From: a virus
Lineage: Duplodnaviria; Caudoviricetes
Virus record (IMG/VR): IMGVR_UViG_3300025423_000018
Coordinates: 1-63,570 of that record
DNA length: 63,570 nt
Reading direction: 5' to 3' (one strand)
The notes under the pieces were generated by a model that made no database searches, was not told the DNA's origin, and worked only from the letters and a program-made list of their open reading frames with translations. Shown in pieces: positions 35,078-47,100 of this stretch (position 1 is its first letter; each line of letters starts with the position of its first letter). Both the position numbers and the translations under genes were made by a program.

Positions 35078-36483
35078 CTTTAGCTACATACAACTGGCCC
35101 CGACCACACGGATACACTCCGTTCGCCCATCAAGTTCAGACTGCGGATTTCTTGACTAAACACCGAAAGGCGTTCTGCTTTAATGAGCAAGGTACAGGTA
35201 AGACTGCGTCAGTTATTTGGGCAACCGACTACCTCATGACACGGGGTATCTTGAAGCGGGTCTTGATTGTTTGTCCACTCTCGGTGATGAAGGCCGCATG
35301 GCAGGAAGACTTATTTAAGTTTGCCATACACCGCAGAGTCAGCGTTGCGCATGGAAGTGCGAGCAAGCGCAAAGAGATTATTCTTGGTGGTGCTGAGTAT
35401 GTCATCATCAACTTTGACGGCGTTGAGATTGTTAAAAACGAGATCATTCAAGGTGAGTTTGATTTGATTGTGGTTGACGAAGCGTCAGCCTATAAGAATG
35501 CGCAGACCAAACGATGGAAAGCGATGAGGGATTTGGGTAAACATGTGTTTGGCTTGTGGATGTTGACAGGAACGCCAGCCGCCCAAAGCCCTGCGGATGC
35601 TTACGGATTGGCAAAGCTCGTGAACCCCAAGGGTGTACCGATGTTCTTTGGTCAGTTCAAAGATACAGTCATGGTGAAGGTCAGTGAATTCCGGTGGGTA
35701 CCTAGGCCGACTGCCGACAAGGTTGTGCACCAAGTTCTTCAGCCCGCCATCAGGTTTGAGAAAGCTCAATGTCTGGATCTGCCACCGCTTACATATATTG
35801 ATCGAGATGCACCACTTACACCGCAGCAGTCGGTGTATTACAAGAAACTGAAGAGTCAGATGCTTATCGAAGCAGCCGGTGAAGAAGTCAGTGCCGTCAA
35901 CGCCGCATCAATGTTGACTAAATTACTGCAGATTTCATGCGGTTCAGTGTACACGGACACTGGAGAGGTGGTTGACTTTGACGTATCGAGTCGGATGAAA
36001 GTGGTCAAGGAAGTGATTGACGAGTCGAGCCACAAGGTTTTGATCTTTGTACCGTTCAATCACACGATTGATTTGTTAACCAAATACCTAACCAAGCAAG
36101 GTATTACGAACGATATTATTAATGGCAACGTGAGCGCCAATAGACGTGCAGAGATTGTCAGAGAGTTCCAAAGCAATGCAGAGCCAAAGGTACTTGTCAT
36201 TCAGCCACAAGCCGCATCTCATGGTTTAACCTTAACTGCCGCAAACACAATCATATGGTATGCTCCATGCACGAGTGTTGAAACGTATCTTCAAGCAAAC
36301 GCAAGGATCGATAGACCCGGACAGAAGAATCCGATGACTATCGTACACGTAAGAGGTAGCGCTGTTGAAACCAAGCTCTATCAAATGTTGCGCAACAAGA
36401 TCACCGACCACTCCAAAATAATTGATCTTTATAAAGAAGAAATTTTACAAGAAGACTTGACAATGTCTAATCAAGACATATAA
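35074..36483 (+). CDS. SNF2-family (SF2) helicase
   Basis: PF.HQ, EQGTGKT, VVDEAS, LTGTP, HGLTLT, QANARIDRPGQ. Confidence 0.92.
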   Translation: MTLATYNWPRPHGYTPFAHQVQTADFLTKHRKAFCFNEQGTGKTASVIWATDYLMTRGILKRVLIVCPLSVMKAAWQEDLFKFAIHRRVSVAHGSASKRKEIILGGAEYVIINFDGVEIVKNEIIQGEFDLIVVDEASAYKNAQTKRWKAMRDLGKHVFGLWMLTGTPAAQSPADAYGLAKLVNPKGVPMFFGQFKDTVMVKVSEFRWVPRPTADKVVHQVLQPAIRFEKAQCLDLPPLTYIDRDAPLTPQQSVYYKKLKSQMLIEAAGEEVSAVNAASMLTKLLQISCGSVYTDTGEVVDFDVSSRMKVVKEVIDESSHKVLIFVPFNHTIDLLTKYLTKQGITNDIINGNVSANRRAEIVREFQSNAEPKVLVIQPQAASHGLTLTAANTIIWYAPCTSVETYLQANARIDRPGQKNPMTIVHVRGSAVETKLYQMLRNKITDHSKIIDLYKEEILQEDLTMSNQDI

Positions 36484-36484
36484 T
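36457..36484 (+). promoter_or_regulatory. Promoter (second class)
   Basis: TTGACA-16-TATAAT with TTGACAATGTCTAAT. Confidence 0.75.
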
Positions 36485-36516
36485 ATCAAGACCATAACAA
36501 AGAAAGGAACTAAATT

Positions 36517-36942
36517 ATGGACGATACTGTTCAGGAGGAAAGACCCCCCGTCGATGTTGACAAACTTGCACAAGCGTATATCAAGATGCGTGATGCACGT
36601 TCTGTTATCAAGCGGGAGTGGGAAGAGAAAGATAAAGAGATCCAAGCACAGATGGATCTGATCGAGCAAGCACTGCTTGATCTTTGCAAAGACCTAAACA
36701 CCAACACACTTGGCACAAGTCACGGCACTGTTATTCGTTCGGTTAAGTCACGGTACTGGACGAATGACTGGGATTCTATGTATCGGTTCATCAAAGAACA
36801 TGGTGCGTATGGCCTATTGGAGAAACGAATTCAGCAAACGCATATGAAAGAGTTTTTGCAAGAGAATCCTGATGTTTACCCCGAAGGGTTGAATGTTGAG
36901 AATCAGTTTACCGTGGTTGTTAGACGTAAAAAGGAAGAATGA
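36517..36942 (+). CDS. Replication-module hypothetical protein
   Basis: 141 aa; coiled-coil N-terminus, T.HGTV, DWDS.Y.FI, LLEKRI. Confidence 0.75.
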   Translation: MDDTVQEERPPVDVDKLAQAYIKMRDARSVIKREWEEKDKEIQAQMDLIEQALLDLCKDLNTNTLGTSHGTVIRSVKSRYWTNDWDSMYRFIKEHGAYGLLEKRIQQTHMKEFLQENPDVYPEGLNVENQFTVVVRRKKEE

Positions 36943-36943
36943 A

Positions 36944-37822
36944 ATGAGTAACGTAGCATTATTTAACCAAGACTTACCCGACTTTCTGCAATCTGCACCA
37001 GTCAGTGAGTTAACCAAAAACTTGGCCGGTAAATCCGGCGTCCCCCGCATTGTGCCTAAGAACGGAATCTTCCGTAAGATGCTCGGCACTGATGAGCAAG
37101 GCAAAGTTAAAGGCGATTTGGAAGTTGTGATCATCAACGCTTCACCAAAAGTGGGACGTATTTTCTATGCGAAAGCATGGAATCCTGAGTCAGAGCCAAC
37201 ATCTCCCGACTGCTTTTCCAACGACGGTCAAACACCCGACAAAGGTTCAACCAACCCACAATCTGAGCGTTGCGATTCTTGTCCCAATAACATCAAAGGT
37301 TCAGGTCAAGGCACATCCAAGGCTTGCAGATACACACGCCGTATCGCAGTGGTTCTTGAAGAAGACTTTGGTACTTCACTAGAAGGCCGAGTCTATCAAA
37401 TGAACTTGGCATCCAAGTCTTTGTTTGGCGAGAGCGTCGGAGACAACAAGTTTGTTTTTGAAGACTACACAAAACATTTGGCAAACAACGGCAAGAGCAT
37501 CGAGCACATTGTCACCTCGTTGAGCTTCAATGAGAACAACGACAATCAATCTATTTTGTTCACGCCTATGCGCTATATCACTAAAGATATTCACGCAGTC
37601 ACAAGTAAGGCCGCCGCTAAACCCGAAGTGCAGAAGATGGTCATCATGACGCCATACGAAGCACAGGCAAGTGGTATGAAACCTTTGGCTAAACCCGAAG
37701 TCAAAGCTGAGCCCAAATCCGAAGTGGTGGAGGAGCCAGTCAAACGACCCAAGGCAGAAGCCCCAACAGTTGCGCCCAAGAAAGACTTGGACGATGTTCT
37801 TAAAGCATGGAGTGAGGAGTAA
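36944..37822 (+). CDS. Putative single-stranded DNA-binding protein
   Basis: PDCFS.DG..P, C.SCP.N..GS.....KAC; acidic C-terminus (DLDDVLKAWSEE); between helicase and primase. Confidence 0.6.
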   Translation: MSNVALFNQDLPDFLQSAPVSELTKNLAGKSGVPRIVPKNGIFRKMLGTDEQGKVKGDLEVVIINASPKVGRIFYAKAWNPESEPTSPDCFSNDGQTPDKGSTNPQSERCDSCPNNIKGSGQGTSKACRYTRRIAVVLEEDFGTSLEGRVYQMNLASKSLFGESVGDNKFVFEDYTKHLANNGKSIEHIVTSLSFNENNDNQSILFTPMRYITKDIHAVTSKAAAKPEVQKMVIMTPYEAQASGMKPLAKPEVKAEPKSEVVEEPVKRPKAEAPTVAPKKDLDDVLKAWSEE

Positions 37823-37824
37823 TT

Positions 37825-38061
37825 ATGAGCTACGGCTACAGTCAACGTTTAATTGAAGCGAATAAAGTAGCGGGTGATTCGTTGGGTGTAGCCCTTGGCC
37901 GTCTATGTATTGAACGGGACATATCGGTTAATCATGTTTCTAATGATCTAGGTGTGAGTCGTGCCACGATTTACAATTGGTTTTGGGGCCTAACAATCCC
38001 TGCTAAGAAATACGAAGAGTCGATTGCCACGTTTATGCGTCAGCACAAGAAACGGAAGTAA
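37825..38061 (+). CDS. XRE-type HTH transcriptional regulator
   Basis: SVNHVSNDLGVSRATIYNWFWG. Confidence 0.8.
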   Translation: MSYGYSQRLIEANKVAGDSLGVALGRLCIERDISVNHVSNDLGVSRATIYNWFWGLTIPAKKYEESIATFMRQHKKRK

Positions 38062-38063
38062 AC

Positions 38064-40898
38064 ATGTTCGATCTACTGAATGCTGTTCTACCAGCAGAGG
38101 GTAGGTACTGCGTGTTCGGTTTGGGTAAGTTCCCAGACCAACGCTTTTGCGATACACGTGCTGAAGTCGAAGCAATAGCCCAAGAATTCGTCAAGAACAA
38201 CGTCAATGCTTTTTATGGTTGTGCCAAGTATGGGGAGCAAAACAACCGCACCCATGCCAACGCTAAATACTTTAGGGCATTGTGGATTGACGTCGATTGT
38301 GGTGAAGCTAAAGCGGCTGAAGGCAAGGGCTACCGCACCCAAGCAGAAGGGTTGAAGAAGTTCAAAGAGTTTTGCAAAACTGTTAAGTTACCCGCACCGG
38401 TCATTGTCGATTCAGGCTACGGCATCCATGCCTACTGGCTACTAGAAGAAACAATCGAGCGTCGTGAGTGGGAGCCATTGGCCGACAGGCTTCATGAGTT
38501 GTGCAAAGAGAATGAATTCATAGTTGACCCTGCTGTTTTTGAAGCATCACGAGTACTGAGGATACCTGGGACTTTTAACTTCAAAGGCGATACACCTGTT
38601 GAAGTAAGAGTAATCAACGAAGTTTCTGAACGTATTCCCTACGCTCAGATGAAAGAACTACTCGGCGCACCCGAGCCTAAAGAACTACCGCCTGACTTTA
38701 TCCCCAAGGGCTTGAGCCCCCTGATGAGCCAGTTGGTATCGAATCGAGTCAAACGGTTCAAGACAATCATGATGAAATCGGTTGAGGGTAAAGGCTGTGC
38801 ACAGTTACTGCATTGCTTCCAAAACCAAGACACGATTGAATATAACCTTTGGCGCAGCGCGTTATCGATTGCTGCTTTTTGCGTAGACAGAGACACCGCT
38901 ATCCACAAGATATCGAAGAATCACCCTGATTATGATGAACGGGAAACTGAACGCAAAGCCGACAACTTGGTCGCTACCGGAGCCCCGCATCATTGCCTAA
39001 CATTTGAAAAGAACAACAAAGGATTTTGTGATGGATGCACACACCGTGGAAAGATTAAGTCGCCTATTGTATTGGGCGAAGAGATTGCTGAAGCTGATGA
39101 CGAAGACAATACCATCGAAGTTGAAACCGAAGAAGGCATTGTAGAGACGCACAACATACCGGAGTACCCATTCCCATTTTTCCGTGGTAAGAACGGTGGC
39201 ATCTATCGCCGAGGCGATGACGAAGAGGATGAAGTCGTCCAAGTGTACGAGCATGACTTGTACGTATTAAAGCGACTGGTTGATCCTGATGCTGGCGAAG
39301 TTGCACTCATCAAACTGCACCTACCGAGGGATGGAGTAAAAGAGTTTGTGGTTCCCCTAACCTCAATCACGGTTAAGGAAGAACTCAGAAAAACATTGGC
39401 GCACTACGGTGTGGTCTTGTTTACCAAGCAATTAGACCAAATGTACATCTACATGATGACATTTATTAAGAACATGCAAGTAGAAAGAAGAGCAGATATT
39501 ATGAGAACACAATTTGGTTGGGCTGATAATGACAGCAAGTTCATCATTGGCGAGCGTGAGATTACCAAAGACGGCGTGTTTTATAGCCCGCCATCCATCG
39601 CTACACGGGGTATCGTGGAGCACATTCACCCCAAAGGTACATTTGAGAAGTGGAAGCAAGTATTTAATATGTACGGCCGACCCGGTCTTGAACCCCATGC
39701 GTTTGCCGCATTGACTGCGTTTGGTTCGCCCTTGCTGAAGTTCACCGGCATGAGCGGTGCGATCATTAACTTAATCCATGAGAAATCAGGGTCAGGCAAG
39801 TCAACGGCTTTGTTTATGTGTAACAGCGTATACGGACATCCTGTTAAGCTGGCGTCGCAGTGGAAAGATACTGCTCAGTCCAAGATGCACCGACTGGGTA
39901 TCATGAACAACCTGCCCAACACAATTGACGAGATTACAAACACGTCACCCGCAGAGTTCTCTGACTTGGCTTACAGTATTTCTCAAGGCCGTGGCAAGGA
40001 CAAGATGAAGGCACAGACGAATGAGATGCGCATCAATAACACGGTGTGGAACAACATGACTTTGGCTTCATCCAACGCTAGCTTCTATCAGAAACTTGGG
40101 GCGTTAAAGAATTCACCCGACGGTGAGTCCATGCGCTTGATTGAGTACAAGATTGAGCCTAACAACATCCTCGATATAGCCGTCGCCAAAGAGATGTTTG
40201 ATCATCAGCTTAGAGAAAACTATGGCCATGCCGGTGAGATTTACTGCCAGTGGCTTGTTAATAATCTTGAAGAAGCCAAGTCTTTGATTCGGGAAGTCCA
40301 AGCAAGGATTGACAAGGAAGTTCAGTTCACCGCACGTGAGCGCTTTTGGTCTGCAGTTTGTGCCTGTAATATCGCCGGTGGGCTGATCGCCAAGAGCCTA
40401 GGGCTGCACGACTACGACATGAAACTTGTGTACAAGTGGCTGGTTAAAATGCTCGGCGAAATGCGTGAAGACGTTAAGCCTCCAGCAGATGTACCGTTCA
40501 CGATCTTGGGTGACTATATCAACTCTCACGTGGCTAATACTTTGGTTGTGAATGGAGAAGTTGATTCACGCAGCGGGCTAAGCACTATGCCTATGCTAGA
40601 ACCTAGAAACGAACTATTAATCCGTTACGAACCGGACAACAAAATACTTTATGTGGTCGCTAAACCATTTAGAGATTATTGTGTGCGTAACCAAATTAAC
40701 CATAAAGAACTACTTATCAAGCTGAAAGAGGTAGGTATTTATAAAGAAACCATGAATAAACGCATGGCCAAGGGCATGAAGGTTGTGTCTCCTGCCGTAC
40801 GGGTATTGATGTTTGATGCTTCAACCACTGAGTTTTTACAAATCGAACCCAATGAAAATAGAAACGGTGAGTTATCAGATAAACTGGAAACGGTTTAA
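38064..40898 (+). CDS. Primase-helicase (RepB-like primase + DUF927/P-loop helicase)
   Basis: LWIDVD, VDSGYGIHAYW, RVLRIPGTFN, Cys cluster (CDGC); SGSGKST Walker A, IDE. Confidence 0.88.
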   Translation: MFDLLNAVLPAEGRYCVFGLGKFPDQRFCDTRAEVEAIAQEFVKNNVNAFYGCAKYGEQNNRTHANAKYFRALWIDVDCGEAKAAEGKGYRTQAEGLKKFKEFCKTVKLPAPVIVDSGYGIHAYWLLEETIERREWEPLADRLHELCKENEFIVDPAVFEASRVLRIPGTFNFKGDTPVEVRVINEVSERIPYAQMKELLGAPEPKELPPDFIPKGLSPLMSQLVSNRVKRFKTIMMKSVEGKGCAQLLHCFQNQDTIEYNLWRSALSIAAFCVDRDTAIHKISKNHPDYDERETERKADNLVATGAPHHCLTFEKNNKGFCDGCTHRGKIKSPIVLGEEIAEADDEDNTIEVETEEGIVETHNIPEYPFPFFRGKNGGIYRRGDDEEDEVVQVYEHDLYVLKRLVDPDAGEVALIKLHLPRDGVKEFVVPLTSITVKEELRKTLAHYGVVLFTKQLDQMYIYMMTFIKNMQVERRADIMRTQFGWADNDSKFIIGEREITKDGVFYSPPSIATRGIVEHIHPKGTFEKWKQVFNMYGRPGLEPHAFAALTAFGSPLLKFTGMSGAIINLIHEKSGSGKSTALFMCNSVYGHPVKLASQWKDTAQSKMHRLGIMNNLPNTIDEITNTSPAEFSDLAYSISQGRGKDKMKAQTNEMRINNTVWNNMTLASSNASFYQKLGALKNSPDGESMRLIEYKIEPNNILDIAVAKEMFDHQLRENYGHAGEIYCQWLVNNLEEAKSLIREVQARIDKEVQFTARERFWSAVCACNIAGGLIAKSLGLHDYDMKLVYKWLVKMLGEMREDVKPPADVPFTILGDYINSHVANTLVVNGEVDSRSGLSTMPMLEPRNELLIRYEPDNKILYVVAKPFRDYCVRNQINHKELLIKLKEVGIYKETMNKRMAKGMKVVSPAVRVLMFDASTTEFLQIEPNENRNGELSDKLETV

Positions 40899-41046
40899 AA
40901 AGGGAACTTCTTTCTTCGTGCCCTGCATCGACCCAAAGGCCGCACGTAAATCATTGCACGTGGTTACAAAGCGGCTAAATATCGACACGATCTCAAAATG
41001 TGTCGTCGAGGATGGGATAAGAGGATTGCGGGTCTGGCGTGTTTGA
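40852..41046 (+). CDS. Small hypothetical protein
   Basis: W..FKKG.SFFVPC...GIRGLRVWRV; last gene of the plus arm. Confidence 0.7.
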   Translation: MKIETVSYQINWKRFKKGTSFFVPCIDPKAARKSLHVVTKRLNIDTISKCVVEDGIRGLRVWRV

Positions 41047-41116
41047 ACTACAATAGACCCATCGGCTTCCTGCAGTTGCCGATTTCTGAAGAAAGTTAGT
41101 TCCTTTCTTTGCACTT

Positions 41117-41145
41117 AAAACCCCGCCTATGTGCGGGGTCTTTTT
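41117..41145. terminator. Bidirectional terminator between converging arms
   Basis: AAAA-CCCCGC-CTATGT-GCGGGG-TCTTTTT. Confidence 0.85.
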
Positions 41146-44100
41146 ATGGGTTAGGGCTAACCCTATGTGATGGCCCGAGAACTTGCCCTGCCATTGGCAT
41201 ATTTTTCTCGTTGAGCTGAGCACCTCTCCAATTAAGCCCCAAGGCATCCATCTTAGATTTGTAAGATGCATCAATGCTGTCGATTGTGATGGCACTGTCT
41301 GGGTATGTGGCCGAGTACTTCTTATTGAACTCACCCATTTGCTTAGCAGCCTTTTGGATATTGGCCTTGTTGTTCTTCACCAAGGCATCCGTCATGCTGG
41401 TTATTACTTTGGATCTTTCACTCTCACGCTCTTTATCTAGTTGATACCACATGCGGTTGGCATCCTGCAATTCCTCTAAGCGCATAGGACGTAGGCCGAT
41501 TGCTTGGCCCAGAATCTCACCACGTCTAAAGTCTTTGTCAGTACGTGTAGCACCCGGAGGTGTCATGATTGTTTGATTGTATTTGGTTGTCTCACCTTGC
41601 GTTGAATAACGGTAGGCTTGTAACAAGTGGCGCATAGACGCTGCAGGATAAAGTTTCTCGATACCTTTTAAGTATTCACCGTCGGACAAATGCTGAAGAC
41701 CTTGCGCCATGGATTGAATCATAGACGGTACAGGCGGCAGAATAGCCGTCAAGTAATTCACAATCTGATCCCGCATGGTGCGGCCTTCAACCACACTGCT
41801 GGGGTTAAAGAATATATCGGACATATTGGTGTGGCTACCGATGTCGAGCCCACTGAATGCGTTGACTGGGCCATCTCTAACGATTGAGCCTAAGTCGCTA
41901 TTACCAATCCTAACGTCAGCCAAGTTCTTGAGCCAGTTGTGCTTGTACCATTCAAACCCTTCTAGCTGGCGCATATCGGCGGGTAACTTATCTCTTTCTC
42001 TGTTGTAGAGTGCGCTGAGGAAACCAATCAGCAAGGATCCACCAGCCATGTTGGTCACACCGCCGAGAGTCCATGAAGTAAACATGGAGCCAAAGAACGC
42101 ACGCATTGCTTCGGCGCGAGTGCTGTCATCCAAAGGCTTGACCATGCCGATCAAGTTTCTGAGTTGGAATTGCAGAATGTTGAGCTTGTACACCGCAAAC
42201 TGGAACATCAACCGACCGCCGGTTGACTTGAGGAATGCAGGACGGTTGGCAGGATTGTAGTTAAACAATGATTGACGCACATCTTTAGCGGCCTGAGCCA
42301 CTAGATCATCCATGTGGTCTTTAACAAACTGATGCTCTGCCGCATGTCTTTCCTCATCGGTCTTCAATGCTTTGTATCTAGGGCTATTTTTAAGACCATT
42401 TAAGAGTTTTTCCCTACCCAATCTAAACGATGAGTAATAAATCATTTCACGAGAGATACGCTCGGACGCATGGATGATATCAAACGTTGCCAAAGTACCG
42501 ATCGTTTTGGCAGTGCGCAATGCCTTGTCAAGATCGCTATCGCTGGGAGTCTCAGCCCTGTGGAATAGATTTCTGATCGCAGTGTTCTCGCTAACCCCAA
42601 GGTTAACCATTTGATTCAGAGCCATGCGCTCTTCTTCTTTTCTATTCGCTACATCAGGCGTATCTTTTTTATTTGCCTGTATGGTATTGAGTATGGTCGG
42701 CATAGTCCAGCCACCATCTTCATTGCGAACTCCGGTTAGACCAAACACTTTCATCGACCTACCAAGCTCAGCAGCGGCAGCGGCAGGAGAATGCTTCTTC
42801 GACAGTTGTGGTAAGCCGACTTCGTATGCACTCAATACGTTAGTGATTGCAGTAGCCTGAGATAGATAATATATCGACGACAGGTTGGTGAAGAACCGAG
42901 CAATCGTGCTGATCTTGCCTTCCTTCTCAGGAGTCATTGCGTTCGTAACCCGTTGATCCATCTGCTTAACGTATGGAGTCAACTCAAGCTGATCCTTGGT
43001 GTTTGCTCTAGCCGCAGACACAGCCAACCGAGCTGCTCGGCCATATTTCAGCCTTGGAATCTGCAATGAGAACTTACTGCCTTGGATGGCCAGCCCTTGC
43101 AAAAGATCAACGTTGTATCCGGGTATTGTCTTACGGTTAATGAAGTTCTTGCGGATGCTGTTCTCAGGTTGTAGATGCAGCCACATTTGGAAGATGTCTT
43201 CTTTAATCGCTTCTTGGTAAGACTTGTTGCGGATTGGGTCGCCCGTGTTGAAACTTGACTTATCAATCAATGTGAAGATGCGCTGAAGCAATGGGCTTGT
43301 TTCCAATGTGTCTTTGCGCAAAGAGGCCAAGTCATTACCTTGGCGAACATCACCATCTTTTATAAGTTGGTCAACTGTTTTATTCTTTTCCTTGGCAAAG
43401 AACTCCAATAATTTCCTGCGGTCGGCTTGGGTTTTAGCAGTCCAAAAACCACCGCTTTTTTCAGCCACCCAGAATTGGCCATTTTGATCACGCAACAAAG
43501 GCACATAGGAATCAATTCTGTTTTGCGAATTGATCGTAGCCCGCACTTGATCGAGCACGTGTTTTGTTTCTGAGCTGTCCCCTCCGAGAGCTTGCAGATT
43601 CTGTTCTAGGATTAACCCCATGTAATCAAACATGCGGGCGTAATATTTTGTGATCTTCTTAAACGCAGACTGGCCTTTTGCCCCAAGCGCATTCCATGCA
43701 TTCTTAACATTTTGCGCCCCAGTTGTTTCAGGGTTAATGCCCTGCACAGCAAATGTAAACTGAGTCCATTCTTTTTTCAGTTCGTCATCGTCACCTAGGT
43801 CATTCTCAATTGATTCAATTAGGTTTGACACGTCGGACATCATTTGTTTCTGCATGCCACCCATGCGCTCTAAGTGCATGTTGGCGTCTTTCAAAGACTG
43901 GATACCGGATACTTCAGCCACAAAGTCGGTTGTGGGGAAGTTAAGGATAAAGTCCTTGTTGGCGTAAGTCATATCCTTGAATCCGTACTTAAACGCACCC
44001 AAAGCCTTAGATGGATTCTTTATAATTTGAATGGTTTGATTGGCCTTGAGAATCTCCGCACCTGTATTGCTACGGTCGTAGATCTTTGTTTGCGCTTCAA

Positions 44101-47100
44101 ATTGCTGGGCATCACGCTTAGCTTCATCAGCCGCATTCTGCTGTGTCGGCAATGCCGACTTCAATGGTGGCATACCATACTCCACCAAACGCATCAATGG
44201 AGTTTTCTTGGCATCAAGAATCTTATCGGTGACATCAATCAAGTCGTGCAGTGCGCTGTAATTATCTTTGCCAATATTAAATAGGTTTAGGATTTTGCGA
44301 ACAAATTCACCAAAGGCGCTTTTCTCTGCTTTAGTAGATGGAATGATCTCCAAGAAGTTTTGGAACGTAGGGTCGGTTAAACCATAAGCTAAGAACTCTT
44401 GGGGTTCATCAAAAATTTTGTAGTAGGGCGTGCCGTCGTCATGGAACTCTAATGTAGATTCCACCACTTGCTTGAGCTCTTTGGATACCAAACCCCTGCG
44501 GTCTAAGGCATCGTATATCTTAGATGCACGCATTCCAAGATTGGTCAAATCCCGTACAAACCCAGTGAGTTTGGCGTCGCTTAATCCTTTGTGCAGGGCA
44601 TTGAGGCCGAGCACAATCTTTTGATTGGTTGCAGCATGGAGCAATTCATGCAGCACAGTGATGTTGTTGATACCATGGTCATTGCCGTAGCTATCGCCTT
44701 TGAGGTATACCGTGTTGGTGTCGGGCATGTACAAGCCACGAGCCGCATCAAAGTCTTGGATATGTTGCTGGAGTTCTTCAGGTAACTCTTGACCAACCTC
44801 AATGACATGGATCTTAACCCCGTTGACAAACCCACGAATTCTTCCAGCAATCAGTTTCTCAAATATGGTTCCGGTCTTCATGATGCGAGCCAACGCTTGG
44901 GCCGCATTTGGAACTCTGCTGAAACTTCTGTCTGCTTTGCCGACTGGACTGCTAGACTGCTTCAATGGTTTCTGAGCAATCTTCAAACCCGCATCAATGT
45001 CGCTCTTTTCTTTTTCCGTAATTGATGGATGAGCCAGAGCAGACTTAACACGCTTCCATGCTTCAGTACCCCTAATCTTGGGGTTGTTGAAGTGTATCAG
45101 TAGTTCTCTGACGATCGCTCTCTTTTTAGCCGCATGTGCTGCGACCATTTCTTTGGCTGCATCTTCATCTGCAGCTTCCGACGTATCAACAGGCTGAGCA
45201 AGTTGATCTAAAAGAGGCAACGCCTTTTTGACTGTGTAGTTGGCTTTATCAGTAGCAGCCCGAGTTTCCTTAGCTGCCGCAGCTTTTTTGTCCTTTACTT
45301 CCGCAGGTGCTGCTGGTCTTCCGGCGGCTGATTTTGTTTTCTGTTCTTGCGGTTTTGCTTGGACGGTTTCAAGGGTCGAAGGGCCACTGGGTTCTCCTGT
45401 TGTTAAAGCTTTCTGAGTTTCCTCGGGTGTTTTGGGTTGCTCTTTAGTTTCAGTTGGGGTTATCTCCCCAGTCTCCTGATCTACTGTAGCGGGCTTCGCT
45501 TCTTCTCCAGCAACAGGCTGTCCAGCATTCGGCTCAGTAGAAACCACTCCATTTCCTGCAGGTGCTCCAGCTCCTGTGGGGGCGCCTCCGGCAGAGGGTT
45601 TGCTAGGTGTTGTAGTGCTAACTCCACTTGGTGTACTGACAGGTTGTCCAGCATTTTCAGTTCCTTTTACTTCTCTTTCAGCTAATACTTGGGCATCCTC
45701 TTCTGGGATACCGCTCTTTACATGTTCTTCAGTAAGCTGTTTAATCTGTGTTGCTTGATCTACTGCAGGGGCTGGTGCTGGTGTTTCTGTAGTAGTCGTA
45801 GGTTTTAATTCTTCGCTTGGTCTAACTTCACCGATTGGCCCTAAATCAGTTGGTGTAGTGACAGCAGCGGCTGGTGCATTGATATTGGTTTCGCCGTATC
45901 CTTTTTGATACGTGGCGTTTTGCACACCATAATTTGGTGCAGGGGCTGGTGGGGCAGCTTCCTCTTTCTTAGGCGTTGGAACCAAGAACCCCTTTTGCTC
46001 AGCAATATCTTGTGCGCTAAGTTGTTGGTCTGGCGCTGCTGGCGCCGCCGCAGATGTGGCTTTTTGCACTGCTTTATTTATCGCAGCCCCACCCATCGTC
46101 ATTGCTCCACCTTGGGCAACCGTGGCCAACATTGTGTCAACCGCACCTTTGAGGAATCCTTTGAAATCCATATCGGGGTTTAAACCCAGAACCTTATCTA
46201 CTGCGGATTGGCCAGCATATGTAAACTCTTCACCGGGGATTTCACGTGCTAATGCTTTTGTGTAGTAAGCAACTAACTCGCTAGTGGGCATTCCTTTGGT
46301 AGAAGCACGAATGGCTTTCATTTCTGAGCCGAGTCCAGCTTTTTCACCAAGCACTTCAAATGCAGCATTGAGGGTAGAACGGATTGTGCTGTCTTCTACA
46401 CTCAGACCGTTTCGGCGAGCTTCTTCATAGTTCTGACCAAATGAGTTGGAGAACATTGGCATCAACACCGCAGCCTCAGAACCTGTGGCAACACCTGCTA
46501 TTAAATAAGGCAATTGCTGGGCAATCGAAGAAATTGCGCCCTCAACAATTTGTAAGGGTTTGTACTTATTCTCCCCCATGCCTTGGAGGTTTTCGTTAAG
46601 CGTGTCTAGCCGATTCTTGGTGTTCGACATGTCAAGGCCGAGCATGTCCCCAAGGAATAAATGAGTACCCCTAACAGCTTGCTCACTACCAATAAGCGCT
46701 TGCTTGCCACCACGTTGCAAAGCATTGATCGTCTGTTCAATTGGTGTAGCGTTATCAGGCAGTTTGTATTTTTCGCCTTCTATTACTGACTGCGGTGTTT
46801 CTTTTGCTTCCGCTAGGCCGGGGCCAATTTGACCTCTTCGTGCTTGTCTTTCTGCTTCCCCTTCAGCAGTTTCTGCACTGTAACCTTTATCCATGAAACG
46901 TTTTGTTTGCGCTTCAAGCCTAGGGTCAAATGTCTTTTTCTCAGTATCGGTTTTGAGAGCGTCGTAATTTTTATAGCGTTGCTGAATTAACTTAGCTGCA
47001 CGGCCATAAGCATCCGTACGTTTGGCAAGATTATCCAATGCGGCTTGGCGTTCTTCTTCAGGTAAAGCATTAAGTTGGGCTTCTATGCTATTGGTAAACT

